Source: Mycoplasmatota bacterium (GTDB lineage Bacteria; Bacillota_I; Bacilli_A; MAG-NZ). Taken from it: a stretch of 64,000 nucleotides of DNA. Shown in pieces: positions 23,090-37,480 of this stretch. A program made the position numbers and the translations under genes. The first letter of the stretch is position 1. Every line of letters begins with the position of its first letter. The stretch is taken from contig CP074575.1 in assembly GCA_018394315.1 (NCBI GenBank), positions 806,001 through 870,000 of the forward strand. The letters run 5' to 3'. The notes under the pieces were generated by a model. The model worked only from the letters and a program-made list of their open reading frames with translations. It did not search any database and was not told the origin of the DNA.

Positions 23090-23459
23090 TATTTATTATA
23101 AGGTTATACCAATTGTATGGGTATATGGATTAATTGTCTCGTTAATTTTATACTTTGTTGGAAAAAATCAAGGAGTAGAAACTATGTGGACAATTAGTTT
23201 TGCTCTTGGATTAGCAACAAGTTTGATGAACTTCTCTTTGATGACTAAAGCGGTTAGGAACGCTTTGTCAAGACCAGAGGGGACCAGAATGCGTTATTTG
23301 ATGATGCAACAAGGGTTAAGATATTTTATATACATAGCTATTATGCTAAGTGTTGCATTTAATAATAAATTTGATCTCATTTTTACTTTCATAGGAATGT
23401 TATCAGTAAAAGTTGTAATGTTTTTTTACATATTAATTAAAAAGGGGGGGGATGAGTGA
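23076..23459 (+). CDS. atpI: ATP synthase protein I
   Basis: Four TM segments, directly upstream of atpB. Confidence 0.8.
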   Translation: MEKNNIYYKVIPIVWVYGLIVSLILYFVGKNQGVETMWTISFALGLATSLMNFSLMTKAVRNALSRPEGTRMRYLMMQQGLRYFIYIAIMLSVAFNNKFDLIFTFIGMLSVKVVMFFYILIKKGGDE

Positions 23460-24121
23460 AAATAACAATCTTTGAAACAATATTTACGCCTAGCATATAT
23501 TCATCATTGATTATCACTGGTTTATTATCTATTGTAATAATCTTGTTTGGTTTTAGAATTAAAAAACTTAAACCAACGGATTCACCAAAGGGAATTTTGA
23601 TGTTCCTAGAAGTTGTAGTAGATTTCGTAAATAAATTCGCTAAGGACAACTTTGGAAAATATTGGAAATACTATGCTCCTTATATCCTGTCGCTACTACT
23701 ATTCTTAGTCTTTAGTAATACAGCAGGGTTATTTGGTTTAAGACCACCTACAGCTAGTGTAAGTGTTACATTTGCTTTAGCTTTAGTGACATTTCTATTG
23801 ATTCACGTTAGTGGGATATTAAATAAAGGTGTTAAAAAGTATGCAAAGGGTTTTCTAGAACCTATTGCACCAATGTTACCGCTTAATATTATAGGTGAAT
23901 TTGCGATTCCGATCGCACTAGGTTTGCGTTTATTTGGAAATATCTTTTCTGGATTGATTATCACAGGATTAGTTTATGGAGTTTTAGGCAATATGGCTTT
24001 TGTAGTTACACCTGCACTCCACGGGATATTTGATGTATTCTTTGGTTTAATTCAAGCAGTTGTATTTGTTTTATTATCAACAATTTTTATCTCTGGACAG
24101 TTAGAACTAGAGGAAGAATAA
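23456..24121 (+). CDS. atpB: ATP synthase Fo subunit a
   Basis: PTA, LGLRLFGN, IQAVVF. Confidence 0.96.
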   Translation: MKITIFETIFTPSIYSSLIITGLLSIVIILFGFRIKKLKPTDSPKGILMFLEVVVDFVNKFAKDNFGKYWKYYAPYILSLLLFLVFSNTAGLFGLRPPTASVSVTFALALVTFLLIHVSGILNKGVKKYAKGFLEPIAPMLPLNIIGEFAIPIALGLRLFGNIFSGLIITGLVYGVLGNMAFVVTPALHGIFDVFFGLIQAVVFVLLSTIFISGQLELEEE

Positions 24122-24391
<270 letters not shown>

Positions 24392-24412
24392 TAAGAAATT
24401 AGGAGGCTTTAT

Positions 24413-24943
24413 ATGGATAAGTTTTTAGAAAAGATTCCTGAGTTTGTTGAACAAGGTCTTGGAATCGACGTTGGATCACTTGGTATTCAATTGATCGCAA
24501 CATTTATCCTGTTTGCTGTAGTATTTAAATTTCTTTGGAAGCCTATGACAAATCTATTAGAAGAGCGTAGAGAAATTATCTCAAATGATTTAGAAGAAGC
24601 AAAAAATGCTAATGCTAATGCTCATCAAATTAAATTGGAGTTAGAAGAAAGATTAAATGAAGCTAAAAATGAAGCTAAAAACATTATTGAGGCATCTCGA
24701 GAAAGAGGAGAAAGTGAAAAGTCTCGTATTGTTGCTGAAGCTGAACAGGAAGCAGCTAATAATTTAAGTAAGGCTGCTGATGAGATTAGTTTAGAGTACC
24801 AAAAGGCTCGCGGAAACATTAAAAATGAAATCGTTGAAGTGGCTTTTCAGGTAGCTGAGAAAATTATTGAAAAGGAAATTGATTCTTCAAAACATGAAGT
24901 GGTTGTTGAAGACTTTTTGAGAGAGGTTGAAAAAGATGCTTAG
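24413..24943 (+). CDS. atpF: ATP synthase Fo subunit b
   Basis: TM segment, WKP..LEER, coiled coil. Confidence 0.95.
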   Translation: MDKFLEKIPEFVEQGLGIDVGSLGIQLIATFILFAVVFKFLWKPMTNLLEERREIISNDLEEAKNANANAHQIKLELEERLNEAKNEAKNIIEASRERGESEKSRIVAEAEQEAANNLSKAADEISLEYQKARGNIKNEIVEVAFQVAEKIIEKEIDSSKHEVVVEDFLREVEKDA

Positions 24944-25454
24944 TAAGGAGTACGCACTAGCACTATTTCAACTCGCTGAAGACTTAAACAAAACAAAAAT
25001 TTTTGAAGAGCAATTTAAAGTTATTATTGAAGCTTTTAAGAATGATGAGGATATTATGACAATAATTACTCATCCAAAGATTCTAGCTTCTGAGAAAAAA
25101 GAGATACTAGGTAATGTGTTGAAGTCATTTGATCAAGATATGCTATATTTCTGTTATGTTTTGATCGATAATGGACGCTTTGAAGCATTACTTGGTATTT
25201 ATGATGAGTTTATTAGTTTGATAAAGAAATCGCAAAATACTATGGTAGTCAATGTGTTTAGTGCAGTTCCATTATCAAGTGATAAAGTATCTGAATTAAT
25301 TAACATATTAGAAAATAAATATAATAAAAATATTGAGATTGTCGCCTATGTAAATGAAAAAATGCTTGGTGGGATTCGTTTGGAGTTTGATGGATTAGTA
25401 TTGGATGATGCATTAAAAACGAATTTAGATGATCTTAAATCAAATTTGATGTAG
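24936..25454 (+). CDS. atpH: ATP synthase F1 delta
   Basis: YALALF, LGGIR; operon position. Confidence 0.94.
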   Translation: MLSKEYALALFQLAEDLNKTKIFEEQFKVIIEAFKNDEDIMTIITHPKILASEKKEILGNVLKSFDQDMLYFCYVLIDNGRFEALLGIYDEFISLIKKSQNTMVVNVFSAVPLSSDKVSELINILENKYNKNIEIVAYVNEKMLGGIRLEFDGLVLDDALKTNLDDLKSNLM

Positions 25455-25470
25455 ATCGGGGTGATATTAA

Positions 25471-29266
<3,796 letters not shown>

Positions 29267-29278
29267 GAGGTAATTGAT

Positions 29279-29674
29279 ATGTTAAGAGTTTCAATTGCAA
29301 CTCCAACAGGTGAAATATATTCTAGCGATATTGATATGATTTTAATTAAATCAAGTGCTGGAGAATATGCTATTTTAGAAAGTCATATTCCTATTGTAAG
29401 TACGATAGACAAAGGATATGTAAAACTTAGAACTGGCGATAATGAAAAGTTTGTAGCAATAAATAGTGGTGTAGTTGAGCAAAGTACTAATATAGTAACT
29501 GTAATTGCTCAGGAAGCTGCAGTAGCTGATTCATTAGCTGAAGCTGAAGCTAAATTGGAAGAATTACACCAAAGCATGATTGAGGAAAACAAACGAAAAG
29601 CGAGAGACTTTGCTATTAGTGAAAAAGATTTACATCAGAATATCAAGAAAGCTAAAGCAGGGGATTTAATTTAA
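29279..29674 (+). CDS. atpC: ATP synthase F1 epsilon
   Basis: TPTG..GE.AIL..H.P; last gene of the operon. Confidence 0.95.
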   Translation: MLRVSIATPTGEIYSSDIDMILIKSSAGEYAILESHIPIVSTIDKGYVKLRTGDNEKFVAINSGVVEQSTNIVTVIAQEAAVADSLAEAEAKLEELHQSMIEENKRKARDFAISEKDLHQNIKKAKAGDLI

Positions 29675-29679
29675 ATTAT

Positions 29680-29713
29680 GAAAGTGGTTAATCATCTTGA
29701 TTAACCACTTTTT
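29680..29713 (+). terminator. atp operon terminator
   Basis: AAAGTGGTTAATCA/TGATTAACCACTTT stem plus T tract. Confidence 0.85.
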
Positions 29714-29795
29714 AATTGCTAAAGAGTGGATGGTTGACATATATTGCCTTCAAAATATGGTATAATAAATCATGTGAATAAACGAAGGAGACAAT

Positions 29796-30938
29796 ATGAA
29801 AAAGATATTCGTGGATAAGACAGCAGTCTTCCTTAGTAAGATACTTAGACCGTACGCTAAGAAAAGACTTCATCAAGAGATGAACAACATTAATTATTAT
29901 AATGATGGAAATATCAATTTTAAGAGAAGAGATGCTTTTTTACTTCTTACTAACCATAGTTTTGACATTGATTCTTTAGCTATTGGTTTGGTTTTTAAAA
30001 AATTACCAATCGCTATAGCATCTAGGTCACTCTTAGTTAATAAGGCTAATAAATTTAGAATGAAGTTTTTAGCAAGGGTAATTCCTAAAGCTCAAGGTGT
30101 AAGAGATTTACGTGCAATGAAGAGAGCACTCAGATCTGTTAGAAAAGGTAGAGCTTTGATGATTATGCCTGAGGGAGAAGTTACATATTTTGGGAATACT
30201 TTACCTATAGATAAGTCTATAGCTAGTTTTGTTAAAAAATTAAACGTAGATGTTGTAACTGCAGTAGCATATGGAGGACATATTTCTAAACCTAGATGGG
30301 CGTCATATCCCAGAGAAAACCAATACGTAGAGATCCATTATGATACATTGATTCATAAAGAAAAAATTAATGAATTGTCTCTTGATGAAATATACAATTT
30401 AATAACAGATAAATTAGACGTTAAGGCGTTTGAATGGCAAAGAGAAAAGATGATAAAGGTTGGTGGACAAAACCGGGCAGAAGGACTAGCTGAATTTTTA
30501 TATAAATGTCCAGAGTGTGGTACATACCATTCTATCGAAACAAGAGGAAATGATATTATTTGTATTGAATGTAATACTAAGGGGTATTTAGATGAGTACG
30601 GTTTTATCCAAGGATTTAGGTTTGATAACACCGTGGACTGGAATGAATTTCAGAAACAGTATATTCAAGAGTTAAAAAAATGTAATTTTAAGACTACCGG
30701 TATATATGTTGATATTGATTATGATATTTTTACATCAAAAGAAGTTGGACAAGTTGTCTTGGAATATGGAGATGACCAATTAATTATTTCCGGATCAAAG
30801 AATTTAAGGATGGAGATTAAGGATATAGAATATTTCAGATTAACTCAAGGTAATGTTATAACTTTTGATTACCAGGGAAATCACTATTATATTAAAATAG
30901 ACAGCTTACATGAATCATTTCTACAAGTATGTAGTTAG
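29796..30938 (+). CDS. PlsC-like lysophospholipid acyltransferase with C-terminal Zn ribbon
   Basis: NHSFDID (HxxxxD), MPEG, CPEC...CIEC. Confidence 0.85.
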   Translation: MKKIFVDKTAVFLSKILRPYAKKRLHQEMNNINYYNDGNINFKRRDAFLLLTNHSFDIDSLAIGLVFKKLPIAIASRSLLVNKANKFRMKFLARVIPKAQGVRDLRAMKRALRSVRKGRALMIMPEGEVTYFGNTLPIDKSIASFVKKLNVDVVTAVAYGGHISKPRWASYPRENQYVEIHYDTLIHKEKINELSLDEIYNLITDKLDVKAFEWQREKMIKVGGQNRAEGLAEFLYKCPECGTYHSIETRGNDIICIECNTKGYLDEYGFIQGFRFDNTVDWNEFQKQYIQELKKCNFKTTGIYVDIDYDIFTSKEVGQVVLEYGDDQLIISGSKNLRMEIKDIEYFRLTQGNVITFDYQGNHYYIKIDSLHESFLQVCS

Positions 30939-30947
30939 GAGTAAAAT

Positions 30948-32093
30948 ATGAAGAAGACACTGAGAGACAAAATATCTGACGTAATGTTATTTGTTCTTAA
31001 ACCCTTTGTCTATATATGGATGAAGATTGATACTAAGACTAAGGTATATAATCATGGAGTTAATTTTAGGAGAAAAGAACCATTTGTCCTCTTAGGAAAT
31101 CATGTTTATACATTTGATGTTGTGAAGTTAGCTTTCTCCTGGAAAATTACACCAGTAATAGTTGCTTCGCATTTGTTGCTTACTGTACCACCACTTAAGA
31201 TCTTGCTTAAATATATTGCTAAGTGCGTACCTAAGTCAAAAGGTGAGGCAGATTTGCGTACTGCAAAATCATTAATAAGAGCAGTGAAAAAAGGATATCC
31301 AATAATGATTATGCCAGAAGGAGATTCAACTTTCTTTGGTGAAACAGGATATGTAGAAAAATCTACCGCAAAATTAATTAAGAAACTTAAACTTGATGTT
31401 ATTGTTGGCCTTTTCAAAGGAGGATATTTAGCTAAGCCTAGATGGGCCTTAGGAAAAAGACATAATCGTAGAGTAGAGCTTCATTATAAAAGAATTATTT
31501 CTAAAGAAGAGATTTCCAATTTAACAGTAGATGAAATTTATAAAATTATGTGCAAAGAACTATATAATAACGATTACGACTGGCAAAGAAATATTATGAA
31601 TAAATACCCTGGTAAGGAACTAGCAGAAGGTTTTACTAATGTCATATATGCGTGTTCTGAGTGTAGGAGTCTTAATACGTTAGCTACATTTGGTAACACA
31701 ATAAAATGTAAACACTGTAATACAGAAGGATTTATGGATGATTATGGTTTTATTCATGGATTTACTTATGATAATATGAGAGATTGGAATAAATTCCAAC
31801 TTGCTGAAGCAGATAGACTTAGGAAATCTAATTTTAGGACTACAGGATTATTATTTCATGTTGATTTTGATAATGAGCGTAGAGAACTAGTTGGGGAAGT
31901 TACGTTAGAATATGGAGATGGATTATATATAATTGATGGAGCATTGAAAAAAGAATTCAAAGCTGATGAGTTGATATATCCAGTAATCACTATGAGAAGA
32001 AACTTTTCGTTTGAGGTTGATGGAGTATATTATCTAATAAAACTCGAAGACTATGCAATGTCGTTTTTAAGAGCGTGTCAAGACAAATACTAG
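30948..32093 (+). CDS. PlsC-like acyltransferase with Zn ribbon, paralog of the upstream gene
   Basis: NHVYTFD, MPEG, KPRWA, CSEC...CKHC. Confidence 0.85.
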   Translation: MKKTLRDKISDVMLFVLKPFVYIWMKIDTKTKVYNHGVNFRRKEPFVLLGNHVYTFDVVKLAFSWKITPVIVASHLLLTVPPLKILLKYIAKCVPKSKGEADLRTAKSLIRAVKKGYPIMIMPEGDSTFFGETGYVEKSTAKLIKKLKLDVIVGLFKGGYLAKPRWALGKRHNRRVELHYKRIISKEEISNLTVDEIYKIMCKELYNNDYDWQRNIMNKYPGKELAEGFTNVIYACSECRSLNTLATFGNTIKCKHCNTEGFMDDYGFIHGFTYDNMRDWNKFQLAEADRLRKSNFRTTGLLFHVDFDNERRELVGEVTLEYGDGLYIIDGALKKEFKADELIYPVITMRRNFSFEVDGVYYLIKLEDYAMSFLRACQDKY

Positions 32094-32102
32094 GAGGAGA
32101 TT

Positions 32103-33482
32103 ATGAAAGAATTCATGTTAGAATTTATGCCGGAGTGGGTAGGCGTACTACAACTGATTTATATTGCAGTTTTATTACTGGTGGCTAAGCTATTTAAAGA
32201 AAAGTTACCAATACTTAATAAGGTTATCTTACCTTCATCATTACTTGCTGGTTTTATCGGTTGGGTTTTATCTGACCAAGCACTAGGACTATTTACAGTT
32301 GATGTTAAGTTTTTAGAGGTAATAATCTATAATGCAATGGGACTAGGATTTATTGCTTTAGCCCTTAAAACAACTGCTGGAAGTAAAAAAAATAAACCAT
32401 TTACTACCGGAGCAGTAATAGCTTCTGGATACTTATTTCAAGCATTTATAGGTGCTTTAATTGTTGTATTATTATTTAGTGAGTATTTTCTAGGTACTGG
32501 TTTTATTTTAGCATTAGGGTTTAGTCAAGGTCCCTCACTAGCTTATAATATTGGTCATGGGTGGGAAACTCAAGGATTCTTAACTTTAGGAGGAGGATTA
32601 GGCGTTACGATAGCGGCAATTGGATTCCTATGGGGTGGTATCATGGGTGTTATTATTAATAACTACTATGCTAGAAAAAACAAAATAGATATTTTATATA
32701 AAAAGGATGAATTAGTAAAAACTAATATAGAGATTGAATCACACAGTAAAGTTACGTTCTTTGATGCACTTACTACTCAAGTTGTTTTAATAATGTTAAT
32801 TTATGGAGTTGTCTTTATATTGTTATTCTTTACTAAGACATACCTTCCAAAATTAGGTGGGTTAGGAGATACATTCGCAGGACTATTCTATGGATTAAAC
32901 TTCTTAATAGGTATTGTAATAGCCTTCGGATTTAAGAAGATTCAAAGAAGAGTAACTGAAAAAGGTAAAGATGTTAAATTCTTAACTAATAATTATATAT
33001 TACAAAGTATTTCAAGTTTTTTATTCAACATAATGATAACTGCTAGTGTGTTAGTAGTTTCGAGTGCATCGGTTAGAGAATACTTACCATTCATTTTAAT
33101 TGCTACTACAATCGGTGGTGTTATAACTTACTTTTACTTTAAGTTTTTAGTAAGATGGTTATATCCAGAATATCATCATGAATACACAGTTGGATTATAC
33201 GGAAATGGTACTGGAACAGTATCAACTGGTATTGCTTTAGTCAAAATGATTGATCCAAATTTAGAGAAACCCGTTGTTGAGGACCTAGTGGTAGGAAGCG
33301 GAACAGCTCTTTTCTTCGCTATTCCACTCTTTGGAATACTAGCATTACCTGAAATTGCTTTTAAAAAAGAAGAACCAATATGGATTTTATTAACATTTGT
33401 AGCTATTATAGGTTACTTCATAGTTCTACTAACAGGGTTAGCACTTTCAAAAAGAAGAATAGAAAGAAAACGTAGAGCGTAG
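32103..33482 (+). CDS. Sodium/glutamate symporter (GltS/ESS family)-like
   Basis: LPSSLLAG, GFSQGP, YGNGTGTVSTGIAL..DP. Confidence 0.8.
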   Translation: MKEFMLEFMPEWVGVLQLIYIAVLLLVAKLFKEKLPILNKVILPSSLLAGFIGWVLSDQALGLFTVDVKFLEVIIYNAMGLGFIALALKTTAGSKKNKPFTTGAVIASGYLFQAFIGALIVVLLFSEYFLGTGFILALGFSQGPSLAYNIGHGWETQGFLTLGGGLGVTIAAIGFLWGGIMGVIINNYYARKNKIDILYKKDELVKTNIEIESHSKVTFFDALTTQVVLIMLIYGVVFILLFFTKTYLPKLGGLGDTFAGLFYGLNFLIGIVIAFGFKKIQRRVTEKGKDVKFLTNNYILQSISSFLFNIMITASVLVVSSASVREYLPFILIATTIGGVITYFYFKFLVRWLYPEYHHEYTVGLYGNGTGTVSTGIALVKMIDPNLEKPVVEDLVVGSGTALFFAIPLFGILALPEIAFKKEEPIWILLTFVAIIGYFIVLLTGLALSKRRIERKRRA

Positions 33483-33496
33483 TTATACGCTCTTTT
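33474..33496 (+). terminator. Intrinsic terminator
   Basis: AGAGCGTA-GTTA-TACGCTCT followed by TTT. Confidence 0.75.
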
Positions 33497-33535
33497 GTTT
33501 TGTGATATAATAGTAGTAGGAATTAGGAGGCACAT

Positions 33536-33757
33536 ATGAATGAAAAATATATAATGTTTTATAATTTTGGAATATTTATTATCATGATACCAATACTATT
33601 TAAAGCATTTATGGCCTTTGATTTAGATAAGTTTTTTAAAAAGAGATATACTTGGGAGAAGCAAGTCATCTATTTTACTTTTGTTGTCATATTTGCTAAA
33701 TTATTTGCTGATGTTTTTTCTAGTTTAGGAACAATGTTTCTTAATATGAGTGGTTAA
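33536..33757 (+). CDS. DUF1146 (YwzB-like) membrane protein
   Basis: Two TMs around KFFKK; lies between atp and spoIID as in Bacillus. Confidence 0.7.
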   Translation: MNEKYIMFYNFGIFIIMIPILFKAFMAFDLDKFFKKRYTWEKQVIYFTFVVIFAKLFADVFSSLGTMFLNMSG

Positions 33758-34810
33758 ATGAAAAATTTATTATTGAGATTTTTAATTATAGCATTAATGA
33801 CGTATATGATTCCTGGGATTATATACGTCTTTTTCGGCGAAGACCAAGTTGAAGAAGTTATTGACGAACAAATAATCACTGCTTCTTTACTCGAACCATA
33901 TGAAAATGTTACACCAGATATAGAAATTGAAGTACCTGTTGGTGTTTTTGAAGAGGACTACTGTAATTATGATTTGCGTTCAGAAGAGATAGATAATTCC
34001 GTAGAAATAACACTTTTGGACGATGGAATTGAAATCTTAGGACTAGACACCTATATAATCGGAGTTTTAGCAGAGGAAATGGACCCGACTTGGCCGTGCG
34101 AAGCTTTAAAGGCTCAGTCTATTGCAGCAAGAACTTATGTTCTAAAACAACTAGATAGAAGTGGATACATTATGAACTCAACTTTACATCAAGTATATAA
34201 GTCTAAGGAGGAAATGCATGAGGACTGGGGAACTAATTATGATGCCTATTACAATAGGTTAAGAAATGTTGTTTTGTCGACTAAATATGATGTGCTCGCC
34301 TATAAAAATGATTACATTGATGCTGTTTATTTTTCTAGTAGTAATGGATATACCCAAAATGCTGAGTATGTTTGGAAAAATGAGATACCATATTTAAAGA
34401 GTGTTCCATCTCCTTGGGATGATAAATTAACTAATATTGAAAAAGAATATAGATTCACTGTCGGTGAATTTATAAGTATATTTAACAAACATTTTTCGAC
34501 TGATATTGAGTATCTATCCGATATAAAAGTTGTTAGAAGTAGTTCAGGAATTTTTTCATCAGTTGAATATAAAAATCAAGTGATATCAAGTGAACAATTG
34601 AGAAATGCATTTGGTTTAAGGTCGCCCGTTTTTGGTTTAGAACATAGAGGTAATTTGCTTTATGTTACTACATATGGATATGGTCATTTAGTTGGTTTAA
34701 GCCAATATGGTGCATATGGAATGGCTCTTGAAGGGTTTTCATATTATCAAATATTAAATCATTACTATAAGGATGTCGAAATTGTAGACTATAATTATAT
34801 AAAATTTTGA
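33758..34810 (+). CDS. spoIID: Stage II sporulation protein D (lytic transglycosylase)
   Basis: GVLAEEM...EALKAQSIAARTY, QVY, PYL.SV.SPWD, GYGHLVGLSQYGA. Confidence 0.93.
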   Translation: MKNLLLRFLIIALMTYMIPGIIYVFFGEDQVEEVIDEQIITASLLEPYENVTPDIEIEVPVGVFEEDYCNYDLRSEEIDNSVEITLLDDGIEILGLDTYIIGVLAEEMDPTWPCEALKAQSIAARTYVLKQLDRSGYIMNSTLHQVYKSKEEMHEDWGTNYDAYYNRLRNVVLSTKYDVLAYKNDYIDAVYFSSSNGYTQNAEYVWKNEIPYLKSVPSPWDDKLTNIEKEYRFTVGEFISIFNKHFSTDIEYLSDIKVVRSSSGIFSSVEYKNQVISSEQLRNAFGLRSPVFGLEHRGNLLYVTTYGYGHLVGLSQYGAYGMALEGFSYYQILNHYYKDVEIVDYNYIKF

Positions 34811-34837
34811 ATAAAGTTATTTTACCTTGAGATACTA
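34809..34837 (+). promoter_or_regulatory. Possible SigF/SigG-type promoter of spoIIQ
   Basis: GAATA-17 bp-GATACTA. Confidence 0.45.
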
Positions 34838-34855
34838 AAAAAGAGGTGATATAAC

Positions 34856-35548
34856 TTGAAAGATTTTTTGCTAAAGACTTTTAAAGATAAAAAACAAGTA
34901 TTTATCTTTGTAACGATTTTACTAGTTGCTTTCACAACGTTCTCTTTGCTTAATGCTTTACTCACTGAAGAAGGTGTAGAAGAACCAGTAGATATGGTTA
35001 ATTCAAATCCTACCGTTCCTCCAGGATATAGATATGACCCAGTAACGGGAGACATATACCCTGTTTCACCAGATACAGAACCTGATATAGAGGAAGAAGA
35101 GGAAATGATCGCTCCTTTAGAAGATTATACAATAATTTCTAAATTCTATGATATGAATGCATCAGAAGAGGAAAGATTGAATTCTTTAATTGTTTATAAT
35201 AACATGATACAGAATAATGTGACAACAAACTTTAAATCTACTACTGATGAAGTATTTGATGTATTAGCAGTATTCAGTGGAACAGTATCTAAGGTGAATT
35301 CAACTTTACTTTATGGTAATATGATTGAAATGATACATGATAATGGTGTAACTACTACTTATTATAGTTTAGGTGACTTAATGGTAGAAGTAGATGATGA
35401 AATTGAACAAGGCGATGTAATAGCAACAGCAGGAACGTGTGAAATTGACGCAGAAAATGGAATTCAAGTAAGGTTAAGAGTTCAAAAGGATGGAAAGAAT
35501 GTAAATCCTGAAACTTACTTGGGTACTAAAATCAGCGAAATTAATTAG
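34856..35548 (+). CDS. spoIIQ: SpoIIQ-like degenerate M23 (LytM) protein
   Basis: N-terminal TM, FYD..ASEEE, M23 fold lacking HxxxD/HxH; between spoIID and spoIIID. Confidence 0.8.
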   Translation: MKDFLLKTFKDKKQVFIFVTILLVAFTTFSLLNALLTEEGVEEPVDMVNSNPTVPPGYRYDPVTGDIYPVSPDTEPDIEEEEEMIAPLEDYTIISKFYDMNASEEERLNSLIVYNNMIQNNVTTNFKSTTDEVFDVLAVFSGTVSKVNSTLLYGNMIEMIHDNGVTTTYYSLGDLMVEVDDEIEQGDVIATAGTCEIDAENGIQVRLRVQKDGKNVNPETYLGTKISEIN

Positions 35549-35566
35549 AGAGCGGAGCTCTCTTTT

Positions 35567-35595
35567 TAATATTTACCATATATTTTGCATAAACT
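35567..35595 (+). promoter_or_regulatory. SigE-type promoter of spoIIID
   Basis: TAATATT-14 bp-CATAAACT matches the SigE consensus; just after the AGAGAGC/GCTCTCT terminator of spoIIQ. Confidence 0.6.
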
Positions 35596-35618
35596 ATAGC
35601 AAAAGAAAGGTGATTGTT

Positions 35619-35867
35619 TTGAGGACAGATATAGATAACCGAGTATTACATTTTGCGAATATAATCTTAAAGGAAAAAAGTACTGTGCGTGATGTTGCTA
35701 GAATTGTTGGTTATTCAAAAAGCACTGTTCATAAAGATTTAACTGAAAGACTAAAAAAGATAGATGTTGAGAAATATGAAAGAGTAAGAAATCTATTAGA
35801 ATACAATAAAAACATCCGCCATATACGAGGCGGAATGAGCACAAAACATAAGTATCAAATTAGTTAA
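35619..35867 (+). CDS. spoIIID: Sporulation transcription factor SpoIIID
   Basis: TVR..A...G.SKSTVHKDLTERL, RHIRGG; TTG start after AAGGTG. Confidence 0.96.
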   Translation: MRTDIDNRVLHFANIILKEKSTVRDVARIVGYSKSTVHKDLTERLKKIDVEKYERVRNLLEYNKNIRHIRGGMSTKHKYQIS

Positions 35868-36477
35868 TTTCTAAATCATAATTAATTTGCCTTAATATTT
35901 GAGAAGTAAAATGAGCATTAGTTAACTCTGTGATTAAGTGGATGAATTTATCTTGTTCACTTGGTTTGACATAAAATGTGAAGCATACTTCCTCTGAATA
36001 ATCTTTTTTAAAACATAAGTAGTTACTTGTTTTGTTATCAATGATATTCGCTACTGGGTAGCTAACTTTAATTAATACTTCATTCATTAATATTGACTCA
36101 ATAATTGTTGCTTGCTTAATTGCTTCTGAGACTGATTTTGAGTAAGCCCTTATTAATCCTCCAGCACCTAGTTTGATTCCTCCGAAATATCTAGTAACAA
36201 CTGCTACTATGTCAGATAGATTATTCTTTTTTAATGAATCAAGCATAGGTGCACCTGCAGTACCGCTAGGTTCACCATTATCACTACTACGCATGATTTC
36301 TGAATGTTTACCAATGATAAAAGCTGAACAATTGTGATTAGCACTCCAATGTTCCTTTTTTATTTTACCGATGAATTCAGTAGCTTCTTGTTCACTTTTA
36401 ACTCTTTTGATAGAACAAATAAATTTGCTTTTTTCAATAATTATAGTGTTAGTAATAGGCTCTTTAATAGTTTTCAT
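35860..36477 (-). CDS. yigZ: YigZ/IMPACT family protein
   Basis: KSKFI, SDNGEPSGTAG, VTRYFGGIKLGAGGLIRAY. Confidence 0.95.
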   Translation of the reverse strand: MKTIKEPITNTIIIEKSKFICSIKRVKSEQEATEFIGKIKKEHWSANHNCSAFIIGKHSEIMRSSDNGEPSGTAGAPMLDSLKKNNLSDIVAVVTRYFGGIKLGAGGLIRAYSKSVSEAIKQATIIESILMNEVLIKVSYPVANIIDNKTSNYLCFKKDYSEEVCFTFYVKPSEQDKFIHLITELTNAHFTSQILRQINYDLEIN

Positions 36478-36589
36478 ATGATTACCTTTCATTCTAGATG
36501 ATAATATTATACCATAAATCTCACTATTGAAATACTTTGAGTTTCAAAGTATAATAGGATAGTAGATAAAAGAAAATTAGGGGAAGCTT

Positions 36590-37437
36590 ATGAAAAAATT
36601 GGGATAATTACCGATAGTACTGCTTGTTTAAATTTTGTTGATTTTCATCATGAAAGTGTTAGAGTGATTGATTTTGTTGTTGTAATAGATGGGGTACCCC
36701 ATAAAATTAGTACTCTAGATTCAAAAGAATTTTATAAGGACATGGATGACTGTAGTGCATTGCCAACAACCGCTATTGCTTCAGTTCAAGATGTATTAGA
36801 CATTTTTAATGATTTTAAACGATTTGGCTATACTGATATTATTGTTATGACTGTTTCATCAAAGCTAAGTGGATCACTTAATAACATTACGTGTGCTGCA
36901 CAGGATGTTGAAGATATGAACATCCATGTAATTGATTCACTAACAACAGCATTTATTTTAGGGGATGTTGTGATTGAAGCATCTAAGTTGATAGATGAAG
37001 GTCAAGATATTGATAAAATATTGACTGAGATACAAAGGATGTATGATAATGACAATATTTTAATTTATGTTGATACTCTTAAAAACCTAGTGAAGGGTGG
37101 AAGAATGTCAGGAGCGATTGGAATGGTTGGTGAAGTATTTAAGATTAAACCAATTCTTGAATTAGGTCACGATGGTACAGTAAAACCGATTGCTAAAAAT
37201 AGAACAGCTAAGAAATCAATCAAGGCTATAAAGGAAATGTATTTACAAGCTACTGAAGGTAAGGAACACAAGCTATATTTGTTTTATACAGATAATAAAG
37301 AAGAAATACTTAAACTAGAAGAAGAATTGCTTAGTAATAATTCGAGTGCTGTTGATTCCAGCATTACGGGATTAAGCCCTGTCGTAAGCACCCATACTGG
37401 TGCTGGAGCATTTGGTATCGGGTGGAGATTTAAATAA
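36590..37437 (+). pseudogene. DegV/FakB fatty-acid-binding protein with an apparent frameshift after codon 3
   Basis: ATG AAA AAA TT GGG ATA ATT ACC GAT AGT: one extra A gives MKKIGIITDSTA; SSKLSGS, IDS, KGGR, IKPIL follow in frame. Confidence 0.75.
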
Positions 37438-37480
37438 CCTTAAGTTACTGGCTTAAGGTTTTTTTATGTTATAATTGGTT

